DNA of 64,000 nucleotides from Macrostomum lignano (Eukaryota): NCBI GenBank assembly GCA_002269645.1, contig NIVC01000227.1, positions 1 to 64,000 of the forward strand, read 5' to 3'. Shown piece by piece: positions 1 to 13,752 of this stretch (position 1 is its first letter; each line of letters starts with the position of its first letter). The notes under the pieces were generated by a model. It saw only the letters and a program-made list of their open reading frames with translations, ran no database searches and was not told where the DNA came from. The position numbers and the translations under genes were made by a program.

Positions 1-3000
1 TGCTAATTGATAGCAGGAGCAATCAGAGGCAGACACGCGCAAAGTCGGGAGTCTTGGGAGTTCAAACTCAGAGGCAAACTCGGTATCACTCTCGGAAACA
101 GCAGAGAAAGCGGGTTGGCAGGTGCTGAATGCTGGAAACGCGGAAAGGCGAAAGGAGTCCGGAGCAAGGGCTTGTCTGAGCCAAGCCATGAGAGGGGCTG
201 CATTTATAGGGAGGATCGATTGCACCATAGCACGAAAGACCCCCGCTGAGAGTCATGGGTGACTCTGTTGCTATTTTTAGCAACAAACAAGCGGGCCCTG
301 CCTCAGAGGAGGCAAGGGGGTCCGGACGCACGTGATCTCCCCATAAACACGAGCCCAGCGTACAATGATGAAATCATTGCACTTTGGACTAAAGAAGGAA
401 GTCACATGACAAGGGGAAAAGCCCACAAGTGAAGGCACTCGTGACCGTGGGACCGGAAAACAGAATGGCACACCAATTTTGGAGATGCCAAACAGAGAAC
501 GAAACAGAGGCAGGCCAGACCAAGCTGTCTGGGCACTGCAAAACGAGAACACGAGGCAAACGGGGGCAAACGAGGACAAGCAGACAGACAGGCAAACGGG
601 CAAGGGACAGGCAGAGACAGCGCGGAAGGGACAAGCAACTGCCCAGCGGCAGACAGAAGCCTGGGGCGAGGGCGAGGGAAGCAACTGACTAGTGCGGCGC
701 CTAATTAAACTAGCGACTCACTACACACTCCTATCTCTCTACTTTCTCATCAACTGGTGAGCCCGACATGATTCGACATTGGTTAAAGTACTCGTCGGAC
801 AACTCGTGAACTAACAGGAGTGAGTTACTGTTTACATGTACATCAGGGGTCGGAAAACATTTTTTCTTCAATGCGAGATAGAGAACCCAGTGCATGACTG
901 CAGGCCAGAGACGATGAGAGAGATAGGAGAAAAGAGAGGAGAGAAAAGAAGCGGTAGGATAAAAAAATGGGGAGAAGAGAAGGAGAGGAGAGGAGAAAAG
1001 AGGAGAGAGGAGCTGAAAAAGAAAGAGGAAATTAGAGAGAGAGAGAGAGAGAGAGACTTCGTGGGCTGGATTTTGCCAACCAAGCGCTGAACGTGAAAAT
1101 TCCTTTTTCAGCAGAAAAAGGAACTCAGCAGAAAATAGGTATTGATTGAGCTGAAGGTCGACTCAAGGCCGAAAAAATTGTGTATAAATACAATCGAAAA
1201 ATCCGAGCTGAAGTATCAGACTCGGAGCAGTCTCCAAAGATCTTGAGCTTGCTGGAGCAGCTAAGCAAGGCTACATCTCTGAGGGAAATACCGTTCGGTA
1301 AGCCTTTGTTCGAGTCTTCGTTATTTGTTTATTGAGAGTGTTGTGAGCCCCGTCCTCCGGAGCAACGCCTACAGCTTTAACCTGTCGGGAAGCTGCGACC
1401 CCCAGATCCCCAGTCAGAGCTCCCGTCCCGCGCCCTAGGGAGAAGCAGAAAAAGGACAGTAACCCGCGAACACGAACTTACACACCGTAGCCGATGCAGT
1501 TCGCCGTGCACTTTTTATGGTAGATCGACGAGTCGTTTTAGTCAATAGCCAACGGAGGCGGACCAACGCGCGCAAGGGAGGAGTCTGCCCTCCAGACAGC
1601 GACTATATATTTTTCATTGGTCCTACGCGTACATGAATATAACTTAAGAACAAATGTACGGTACAGCAGGGGAGGTGGGGCGGGGTGGCGTGATCGGCGT
1701 ACGCATTGATTATTGATTGGAGGGATGGGGCAGACTGGAGGGTTGGGGCTGGGCAGGAGGGCGAGAAAGGGCACGATTGCACAACATCCTCCCCTCCTTA
1801 AAGAAGGTGAGTCACAAGAACAAAGACTGAATGGAGACAAAGACAGGATTCGATGAGTTGGACAGATACGACGGCGCAATGAGGATAAACGCGAATAATT
1901 AATAGCACGACAACGAGATTTACGACGAACAGTCTTTGCGTTAGCAACATTCGAATAATGAAAACACGAGTTTGACGCAGATGAAAAATGTACGAGTGTT
2001 GAGGAAACGCATTTTGGACGATAAATGTTAGAGAAATAAACGCGAAAAAAAGCAAGACCTTCGGGGTGACAACCGCAACGAAACGAAAAAATTGCACCAC
2101 TGTCTACCGATGTTACTTTAACTTCGAAGAATTTCTTGCGACATGAACGTAAAGCAACAGTTTAATAATGTCAAATTGTCAATTGAAAAAAATATGAACC
2201 AAAAAGCATGATGAAAAATACACAAAAATGAAGTAAATCAGGCCGAATGGGCTGCGCCGGACTCCTACTCGACTCCAACACGACGGACACCCGACGATTC
2301 GCGAGCCGACTCGACGATTGGCACTCTGGCACCCGAAGTCGCTTGCTGACGCCGAAAACCGGTGATGTCGCTAGGCCCTGGTCATCGCTGTCTGCCACCG
2401 TGGCTGCTGAACCTCCTTTGTCGGGCTGCACAAGCCTCGCCAGCAGAAGTCCTTGTACCGCGACTCTCGGTCGTACTGGAGATGTCCTGAGCGTTGTCAC
2501 TGGCGCCGCTGATGCCTGCTGGAGCTTGCCTGACACCGCCGCGATCACTGAATTTTGTTCCCAGGCTTAAGGTCTGGAAGTGGGAGTTTTCGAGTGACTG
2601 ATCACCACCCGATTAAACTCTTTAACCGCTCAATTGGCAGAACAGTTGAGAAACGTATGCAGCAGCACCAAACTGCTGCTGACGTTACATCACAACAGCG
2701 TCATATCTGCCCAAACAATGCCATGGTACTTCATCATCCACAACGATTCACTCCATAAGGCAGCCACACAAGTACAACACCTGCTGGCCGATTCCGTACG
2801 ACCGCCAACCCCGTCTGTCATATATCTTCTACCTCGCAGGACAATTAAGCGACTTCCTCGACTGACATCACACCTGAAGAGATCTGCCTAGGCTTTCTGG
2901 ATGCAACCGAAAATCAACCGAGTGCGTCCCGCGATTTAACATTACAAGTACTATGGCTTACCGCGATACTTACCGTTAGCAAAAATACGAGTGATATCAC

Positions 3001-3543
3001 AACGACACTGTATGACCTTTTGTGTAAGACAACAAAAAACTCTACTCCGTAGGATTATTACATTGCATGTGTATGTTCTTGCTGGGAGAGAACCATTATA
3101 TATATCAACTCACTCTTACGCAACTATATTATTCTGACTTTATTATCCATTACTATATTCCCGCAACAGTTTTTTCTCATAAAATGCTACTATAGAGTAG
3201 TTGTAATTTCTTGTTCCGAAAATTGTTCAGTGCGTGTCGACGTTTCTTAAGCTCCAAAATGTCACTTCTTTGTACAGTCCCGTCAGTAATCACCTCAAAC
3301 TTTAACGATTGTGTCGGTGCAACTGATGAACAGGCAAAGTCAATTTTTACTCTGTTTGAATGTCACGAGGTTAAAGAAACATTGATAACACCATTTTATG
3401 CAATAATAGATGCTTGAAATTTGACTGAAACAGTTCTTTCAGTAGACGTGTATTTTAATCAAAATCCCATGCAGATTCTGAGTGAATATGCATAGCGATT
3501 GGGTTTCAGTGGTTACGTACATCAGACAATATATAAGCAGTGA

Positions 3544-3915
3544 TTACCAAGTATAATAGCATCTCGAAACGTCTGCATTGTTGCATGCTGCATACACCTG
3601 TGAAAATATTGGGCAGAGCGAACACTGCATCACCTCGCGCTTGTCACAGGGGTCGCCCCAGTCGTGTTTGACCATATCGCCCAAGCAGTACATCATATCC
3701 ATTTGGGTTACGAGTTCCTTGTAGTCCATCGCAAGGAGAGGCTCATCTGGGCTCACTCCTAAATCGTTCATGAAGCCACGGATCAGCGCTTCTTCGTAGC
3801 CCGGAACGACCTCTATGCCGTAATGTGAGAAGCAATTGTAGCTGCCACTGACGCCTGTGGCTGCCACAAGCAGCAGCATGACGACTCGAGTTCGAAATTT
3901 CAAACTAAAGTTCAT
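3544..3915 (-). CDS. Orphan secreted Cys-rich protein, 123 aa, single exon
   Basis: ATG-initiated ORF with a hydrophobic signal peptide (MLLLVAATGVSG) and 7 Cys (C28, C77, C90, C98, C101, C111, C119). TATAAAA at 3987-3993 upstream and ATTAAA at 3454-3459 downstream, both on the minus strand. No family recognised. Confidence 0.8.
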   Translation of the reverse strand: MNFSLKFRTRVVMLLLVAATGVSGSYNCFSHYGIEVVPGYEEALIRGFMNDLGVSPDEPLLAMDYKELVTQMDMMYCLGDMVKHDWGDPCDKREVMQCSLCPIFSQVYAACNNADVSRCYYTW

Positions 3916-3986
3916 TGCTCAATCGGTTTTTCAGTGCTTTAACTGATTTTGAAAATATTTAGCCTATAATCACGATGCACGCTTGC

Positions 3987-3993
3987 TTTTATA
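3987..3993 (-). promoter_or_regulatory. TATA box of the 123-aa secreted protein gene
   Basis: TTTTATA on + reads TATAAAA on -, about 72 bp upstream of the ATG at 3915. Confidence 0.55.
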
Positions 3994-5356
3994 TTGAATT
4001 CGACAGCTAGGAAGTATTTCGGTGATTTTTGCAATAAAAGTTTAATGCCAGCGTCTTCAAACTGGAGCGGTAATTAATCATGCACAGTTGGTCGTGCCGG
4101 ATGTTGTAGCTTCCCGGTAAAATTGCAACACATGCAGCTATTTCCTGTAATAAAATTCTGAATTCTTGAAAATACGGTTGAACTTACTCGTTTTGACCAA
4201 AACTTAAATTTTTTAATTTAAAAATCATAGACTGTTTAAATGCATTGATTAGAACGTTACGAGTAAAATAATCTAGTCGATTCATGAAATTTTTAAAGAA
4301 GAATTTCCTTTGGTTTTTACTCGTGAAAATGATCCACTCTGCCCTCCGAACCCATGCCAAACCTGTCAAATTTTACTCAAGAAACGTAATTTTGGTACAC
4401 GGTTTTGATAGTTCAAATTCGCCGTTTGCTGACGTTGTCCGGAATTCTGCCGCTGTATTGTGCCGCCAAACTATGGAGCTAAGAATTTTATTGCCTGTAC
4501 GTCTTCCTCTGTTTTAGCTCGTATTTAATATTTTTTTCTTGAAAACATTTTACAATCAAGTGCTAGCTATAATTCTGATTTTTGCTAGTCCATATGCTAT
4601 AAGGTTTAAAAGTCCATGCCAGTCCCTGTGACAGTTGCCCGAGGCAGTTGAGTTTTAGGAGTATAACTACAGATACTATGTGCAGTTAAACAATAGATTT
4701 TAATGGAATTCCATCAGAGAACTTGCCTCTTCAGTTTAGCTAATTCCTATTGACAAGAAAATTCATAAATCAGCATAGGCTTCTAGTAAGACCACTTTAA
4801 TTTTAACCTTTCCAAGCGCGTCAGGACCAAAAATGCTGCGTTCAGGTGACATACTGTACAGTATTTACTCTCAAATGCTCTACAATAGATCGAGTCAGCA
4901 GCTTCGATCAAGTTGTAATCATTGGACAGATGATTGCAGCTTTTCTCTTTACTTCGTGAATTTCATGAAGTGTTCAAGAGATTCCGCAGGATAATTTGTT
5001 CAACGCAATCCACGCCCAGTCCGTCATCCAGAGCGGAATCTTCAATCCTAGCTGGGGTGTCAGGAGAAATTCCCGCTTAATTTCGGCCGAATCCGGCCGA
5101 AATTTCGACAAAAACACATGCATTTTGAGCCTCCCTGCTAGTTGTCTATGGTAAAGTGTGTCAAGCCGGCAGGCAACTTGGAGCTCTCATTTAAGCACTG
5201 AAATCCATAAGCAGCGCTGTCCACAGAGTATATTCTGTGGCGCTGTCTATGCCGTTCCACTCTCAGTTTTTTCAACATGTCAGACGAAAGTGACCAAGTC
5301 AGTACATCGCTGGGCAGTGTTACATCGTGATGGACGGAGCCCGGTTCCACAATGTA

Positions 5357-6649
5357 CGAGGGGCACTATTAAAGTTCTGAGCCTTAATATGAAAGAGAGG
5401 AGATATGGGCAAAGTGAGATCAGCTTTTCTCAACATAGTCTCCCCCAACCAAGATGCACTTATGGCATCTTGATCGCAGCGCCTCAATGCCACTCTGGAA
5501 GAATTGCACCGAGCAGCCCTCAAACCAAGCAGTTGCAGCATCCTTCAGCGCATCATCAGTGTCAAATCGCTGTCCACGGAGCGCCCGCTTGAGATGTGGA
5601 AACAGGTGGAAGTCGCTCGGGGCCAGGTCTGGTGAATAGGCTGGGTGCGGCAGTTCTCGAAACCCTGCGACACTGACAGCAGCCTTGGCAATCCTGCTAG
5701 TGTGGGCCGGCGCATTGTCGTGCAGCAGCACAACACCTCGGCTCAGCATCCCTCGCCTATTTTCCTTGATTGCTTCGCGCAGACGGGCGATCAGGTCAGC
5801 GTAGTAGGCGCCTGTGACTGTCTGCTTGTGCGGTAGAAAGTCCAGCAGCAGCGGGCCCTTGGCATCCCAGAAGACGGTGAGCATAATCTTGCCCGCACTG
5901 CATGCAGTCCGTGCCTTCAGTGGTGCAGGTGAACCAACTGGCAGCCACTGCTTGGACTCCTGCTTGGACTCGGGATCGTGGTGATGGATCCACGTTTCAT
6001 CCCCGGTCACGCAGCAGGACAGAAAGTTGGCAGGGTCCGGATCGTAGGAGTCCAGGACAAGCTTTGAGTACTGCACCCGTGCGGTCTTTTGGTCCCTTGT
6101 CAAGATTCGTGGGATCCATCTGGCAGAAACCTTGGACAGATGAAGATGCTGGTGCAGGATCTCAATGACTTGCGGGTCAGAGAGTCCAGTGTCTGCCGCA
6201 AGTTCCCTGACTTTCACCCGCTGGTCAATGTCAACCAGAGCCTGGATGCGCTGGATGTTGTCGGCAGTGACAGCAGTCCGGGGTCGTCCACATCGGGGGT
6301 CATCTTCGAGCGAGTCGCGGCCACGCTTGAACTCGGCTGCCCAGCGCTTTATGGTGGCGTATGAGGGGGCAGCGTCAGCGTACACACTAGCCATGCGGCT
6401 TTGAATTTCAGCAGGCTTTGAGCCCTCCAGAGTCAGAAATTTAATCACTGCCCTGTGCTCAAGCTTCAATTCTTGAGAAAATGCCATGGGGTGCTGGAAA
6501 TAAAATGGTGCAGTGGGACTTAGGGAATGCAGAAAATTCTGAAAAGTTGACAATAGACTATTAACATGTGGCGCTTTTAGAGCCTAAAGTTTCAACACTT
6601 TGCCACTATAAGATCTTGGTCAGGCTCAGAACTTTAATAGTGCCCCTCG
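5357..6649 (-). mobile_element. Full-length mariner transposon (1293 bp), probably irritans subfamily
   Basis: Perfect 28-bp TIRs CGAGGGGCACTATTAAAGTTCTGAGCCT at 5357-5384 and 6622-6649. TA target-site duplication at 5355-5356 and 6650-6651. Encloses an intact transposase ORF. The subfamily call is from recalled similarity of the CGAGGGG terminus and the HPAYSPDLAPSDFHLF motif. Confidence 0.97.
5420..6487 (-). CDS. Mariner D,D34D transposase (about 355 aa from MAFSQ; ORF open to 6553)
   Basis: N-terminal HTH region, WIPRIL linker, VTGDETW, LHDNAPAH and YSPDLAPSD. Exactly 34 residues lie between the second and third Asp. No stops or frameshifts. Confidence 0.96.
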   Translation of the reverse strand: MAFSQELKLEHRAVIKFLTLEGSKPAEIQSRMASVYADAAPSYATIKRWAAEFKRGRDSLEDDPRCGRPRTAVTADNIQRIQALVDIDQRVKVRELAADTGLSDPQVIEILHQHLHLSKVSARWIPRILTRDQKTARVQYSKLVLDSYDPDPANFLSCCVTGDETWIHHHDPESKQESKQWLPVGSPAPLKARTACSAGKIMLTVFWDAKGPLLLDFLPHKQTVTGAYYADLIARLREAIKENRRGMLSRGVVLLHDNAPAHTSRIAKAAVSVAGFRELPHPAYSPDLAPSDFHLFPHLKRALRGQRFDTDDALKDAATAWFEGCSVQFFQSGIEALRSRCHKCILVGGDYVEKS

Positions 6650-7331
6650 TAGCCAGAAATTCCGACCCAGTTCGAGGCAAACTGGCACATCGTGGTTTTG
6701 CCTCCTAGCTATTCACCATCCCACAGGACCGATAGCGGCATGTCGGCATTCAAGCGGGAAAGAAAAGTCAATAAAATAATTTGAATTGCAAGAGAAATGA
6801 TAAAAAAGAAATAATCTAGTATTTCCTTTCAAAATTTTCCCCTCAAAATTGGAAAATTTTCCCTTTTTGCATCCTTGATTTGTATGTGTAAATATTGACA
6901 CGCCAATAGAAGTCGTAAAAGTTTTATTAATTCGATGTGCATAATCATTTACCTAAATAGCTTCTTTTAATCCTATTGTAACCATTTTGCAGGCTTACCG
7001 AATGGTTGAGAAAATATGATAAACTCAACTTCTAAAAGCTTGAACAGGGAGAGGGTTTTCTATGAATCAGTGCTGCAGCTTGCAACGCATTTACCATAGA
7101 CAACAAGGAATCTTCAGTAGCTAATCGGTGCGAGCGGAGGTTCGATTGGCTTAGAAAATAAATTAACTACGATCGTTACGATGTTTTCTGTGATATTAAC
7201 TTCAAATAAATTTGACCACACATCATAAAACACTGATGCATTGTATTTCGGTTCAACAATTGAAGCAGCTGCAATGCTGAACTATCTGAATAAACATGAA
7301 GCCCACGCGTGAGCAGGTGTAATTTCCAGTC

Positions 7332-7658
7332 CTACAGAGCTTCGTCTTCCTGCACTGGGATCGGCGCCTCAGCCTTGCGACGCAGCTCGGCGCAATGATC
7401 AGTCCAGGCCTGGTCGCTCATGTCCTGCGGGCACATCACCATCGTGCAGCTCTCCAGCTGGCCGTCCTGAGTGCACCGGCAGGTGTTGCAGCCATCGGGT
7501 GAGAACGTGAAGCCGCCGTGGCCGGTCTCTCTACAGAAGTCAGCCGGTTCAAAACAGGGCTCCGGGTGCATCTTGCCGAGTGCGGTGTCCGGTGCTACTA
7601 CTAGGAGCAGCAACAAAAGCAGAGATGCAACAGCAACAATTGGTCGGAACTTGGACAT
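7332..7658 (-). CDS. Secreted pacifastin-like (MEROPS I19-type) serine protease inhibitor, 108 aa, single exon
   Basis: Signal peptide, then C42-x14-C-N-T-C-R-C-x3-G-x4-C-T-MVM-C76, matching the pacifastin pattern apart from a longer first spacer. Extra Cys pair C35/C89. TATATATA at about 7756-7763 upstream. Confidence 0.8.
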   Translation of the reverse strand: MSKFRPIVAVASLLLLLLLVVAPDTALGKMHPEPCFEPADFCRETGHGGFTFSPDGCNTCRCTQDGQLESCTMVMCPQDMSDQAWTDHCAELRRKAEAPIPVQEDEAL

Positions 7659-8315
7659 GCTCGTTGCGGCTTAGTTGACTGCGAATGCGAGGTTTGCGGA
7701 GTTGATGAACTGTAGATTTAGCGAGAGCCATGAGAGTGATTGAATTTATCTACCATATATATAAAGGATGAGCAAGTTGTCTATGGCCGATGAAGCCAAG
7801 AGGCATGCAGTTCGATGGCAGTTCTATAGTCTATGGCTTTCTTGCTGAAACTGCATTCAGTATCGTGGTTCGCGGCCGCGCACGAGATTAAACCAGCTGG
7901 GTCTTGGTGGGACAGTCCGGCGCATTCGCTGCGCTCGGAGTTTCGACCATAGACCAACTTTTGCATCGACTCTCAAGCTTATACTTTTCGTATGTAGGAT
8001 TGATTTAGACTAAAAAATTCGGAATTGCACTAACAAATCGTCACTGACCCCAACCCCAAAAACCAGTGGTCCACAAGTGAGAACCCTAATCAAACTCTTG
8101 GTCATAACTCTCCTGCACAGTTAACGTTGAGACGAGAATTGTGGGTGTGGTTTGAGTTGCGTCACTTGGGGGGTGAGATCTGACAGAAGTTGACCGCTGG
8201 CTTAGGTATGGAAACTTTAACATGTTGCTGAGTGCATGTGCCAGATCAGTGAGAACCAGTGTGTCAGCTCATCTAGGGTCAGGATGTCAAATCATCTACA
8301 TGTAAGTTCAGTATA

Positions 8316-9397
8316 TCAGATCATTTAAGGACAGGATGTCAGATCATTTAAGGACAGGACGTCAGATCATTTAAGGACAGGATGTCAGATCATTTAAGGA
8401 CAGGACGTCAGATCATTTAAGGACAGGATGTCAGATCATTTAAGGACAGGACGTCAGATCATTTAAGGACAGGACGTCAGATCATTTAAGGACAGGACGT
8501 CAGATCAGTTAAGGACAGGACGTCAGATCAGTTAAGGACAGGACGTCAGATCATTTAAGGACAGGATGTCAGATCATTTAAGGACAGGACGTCAGATCAT
8601 TTAAGGACAGGACGTCAGATCATTTAAGGACAGGATGTCAGATCATTTAAGGACAGGACGTCAGATCATTTAAGGACAGGATGTCAGATCATTTAAGGAC
8701 AGGATGTCAGATCATTTAAGGACAGGATGTCAGACCATTTAAGGTCAGGATGTCAGATCATTTAAGGACAGGAAGTCAGATCATTTAAGGACAGGATGTC
8801 AGATCATTTAAGGTCAGGATGTCAGATCATTTAAGGTCAGGATGTCAGATCATTAAAGGTCAGGATGTCAGATCATTTAAGGACAGGATGTCAGATCATT
8901 TAAGGACAGGATGTCAGATCATTTAAGGACAGGATGTCAGATCATTTACGGACAGGATGTCAGATCATTTAAGGACAGGATGTCAGATCATTTAAGGTCA
9001 GGATGTCAGATCAGTGAGGGTCAGGATGCCAGATCAGTGAGGGTCAGGATGCCAGATCAATGAGGGTCAGGATGCCAGATCAGTGAGGGTCAGGATGCCA
9101 GATCAGTGAGGGTCAGGATGCCAGATCAGTGAGGGTCAGGATGCCAGATCAGTGAGGGTCAGGATGCCAGATCAGTGAGGGTCAGGATGCCAGATCAGTG
9201 AGGGTCAGGATGCCAGATCAGTGAGGGTCAGGATGCCAGATCAGTGAGGGTCAGGATGCCAGATCAGTGAGGGTCAGGATGCCAGATCAGTGAGGGTCAG
9301 GATGCCAGATCAGTGAGGGTCAGGATGCCAGATCAGTGAGGGTCAGGATGCCAGATCAGTGAGGGTCAGGATCCCATATCAGTGAGGGTCAGGATGT
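8316..9397. repeat. 23-bp minisatellite with a polar switch between two variants
   Basis: GGACAGGATGTCAGATCATTTAA up to about 9000, then GGGTCAGGATGCCAGATCAGTGA. Confidence 0.95.
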
Positions 9398-9949
9398 GTT
9401 AAGTTAAGATCTTCAGGTTTTTCCCAATTCGACACATTTCAAGCTATTTGTGCAGTTTTTAAAAAAGTAATACTTACCAAAAAAATTTGCAGGTGTTTAG
9501 TTAGTCACTACAAACAATGGTTGAGTTGACTACTCGCTTAAGAATAAACATGAATCCCAATTTTGAGTTTTATATTCCCACAGAAAATTGCGATTTGTGC
9601 TCTGTGAATTAGTTAGTCTGCGTAAACATTACTCAAAGATAAGATTCTGAGTAACTGCTCATAGGCTGTATGTACAGTGCTTCAGTACACTGCCAGGGCA
9701 AATATCCAATACAAAGATAAGAGCAGTAGCTTGAGCGACTCGTGAGGCATGTGACTGCGGAGATGCCAGATAAGCCTTTTCCAGGCAAGCTAAAATTATT
9801 AAACACTTTTTACATATGAATACATATTGCATATTGCTAGCTATATGGTTGAATTTAAAGTCATATGACTCTGTTAAAACGGTCTAATCTGGCTTATGGG
9901 TTGTAAACACGTTTACACGCATATTCTTATAATGTATGTATTTGGTACT

Positions 9950-10459
9950 GACTCTGACTGACTGACTGACTGACTGACTGACTGACTGACTGACTGACTG
10001 ACTGACTGACTAACTGACTGACTGACTGACTGACTGACTGACTGACTGACTGACTGACTGACTGACTGACTGACTGACTGACTGACTGTCTGACTGACTG
10101 ACTGACTGACTGACTGACTGACTGACTGACTGTCTGACTGACTGACTGACTGACTGTCTGACTCACTGACTGACTTGACTGACTGACTGACTGACTGACT
10201 GACTGACTGACTGACTGACTGACTGACTGACTGACTGACTGACTGACTGACTGACTGACTGACTGACTGACTGACTGACTGACTGACTGACTGACTGACT
10301 GACTGACTGACTGACTGACTGACTGACTGACTGACTGACTGACTGACTGACTGACTGACTGACTGACTGACTGACTGACTGACTGACTGACTGACTGAAT
10401 GACTAACTAACTAACTAACTAATTAACTAACTAACTAACAAATTAACTAACTAACTAAC

Positions 10460-10514
<55 letters not shown>

Positions 10515-11155
10515 TTAACTAACTAACTAACAAATTAACTAACTGACAAACAAACAAACAAAAAAACAAACAAACAAACAAACAAACAAACTGACTAACT
10601 AACAAATTAACTAAATGACATACAAACAAACAAACAAACAAAAAAACTAACTAACTAACAAGCAAACAAACAAACAAACAAACAAAAAAACTAACTAACT
10701 AACAAGCAAACAAACAAACAAACAAACAAACAAACTGATTAACTAACAAATTAACTAAATGACAAACAAACAAACAAAAAAACAAACAAACAAACAAACT
10801 AACAAGCAAACAAACAAACAAACAAACAAACAAACTGATTAACTAACAAATTAACTAAATGACAAACAAACAAACAAACAAACAAACTGATTAACTAACA
10901 AATTAACTAAATGACAAACAAACAAACAAACAAACAAAAAAACTAACTAACTAACAAGCAAACAAACAAACAAACAAACAAACAAACTGATTAACTAACA
11001 AATTAACTAAATGACAAACAAACAAACAAACAAACAAACTGATTAACTAACAAATTAACTAAATGACAAACAAACAAACAAACAAACAAACTGACTAACT
11101 AACAAATTAACTAAATGACAAACAAACAAACAAATAAACTGTCTGACTGACTGTC
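9950..11155. repeat. Compound microsatellite (GACT)n - (AACT)n - (AAAC)n
   Basis: Seen directly in the sequence. Confidence 0.95.
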
Positions 11156-11481
11156 CATATTATGAAACATCGATATTCGATAGTAGCAAGTAAAAACTTC
11201 AACTAAAAACCCGGAAAATTTGGCCACTGGCTGACATTTAATTGAGTCATTTGATCCAAACACTTCTCTCATACAAATTTATAAATGGTTTTGAATATAA
11301 AACAATAGAACGTTGAGGAAATTAAAACGGGCCGGTTTAGCTTAATTCTGTATTTATTAATAAATGAGTATTCATGATTATATTACATAGATAAACACAG
11401 GACAGACAGAAATAAGCTGAAGTCATAATAAATTGAGCAAAATTCACTGCAGAGCTCACTGCCCAAACCATGGGTCATAAA

Positions 11482-13127
<1,646 letters not shown>

Positions 13128-13752
13128 CTCACTGCTGCAGAGTGCGAGACGAGCCACACGCGGTAAGTCAAATCTGTGGCGTCTTTGATGCTACTTTTAG
13201 ACTGACTTTATCTCCATCACTGTCACCTCATCCATCTCAGTGTCGCACAACATCTCATCTCCCTGTCTCACAACATTTAATCTCCCTGTCTCTCCCCATC
13301 CAATCCTTACCCATCTCCCTATTTCAATCCACCTCCGAAACGCTAAGAGATATCCTGTATAACTATTCGATGTCAAAATACAATAGGAATATTAAAATGA
13401 AAGAAAGTGATTTACAAAGGACATTAATGAATGTCATCGAAGAAATTAATCAGATTCCATATATATACTATTATGACCAACAGACATGCGTATATTTACA
13501 TTAGTCTGTGCAATATGGTAGAGGTTAGAATCAAAATAGATTAATGAACATAATAGGATCATAAAGTCATTACTATACAAGACTGCTACTAAGAAACAAT
13601 CATATTGTATATGCAGTTCAGACTCGAATTAAAAACAACAATGTTTAGTAAATTTGCTTATCTAGAAAGACGCATTACTGAGGATTTTCTGTATAACTGA
13701 AGTAGTGAACTGAATCGCCTTTTGAAGACAGGTGTAACGCTGTTTAGGGAGA

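Noticed and set aside
1-1540. LTR-like or promoter-like sequence (TATAAAT near 203-209 on - and 1183-1189 on +; CAGGGGTCGG hAT-like end at about 845)
   Set aside because: No paired LTR, primer-binding site, polypurine tract or matching TIR found in the window.
2555-2758. IGRTVEKRMQQH resembling a Penelope GIY-YIG motif
   Set aside because: Only a short partial match, with no GIY half-motif or adjacent reverse transcriptase.
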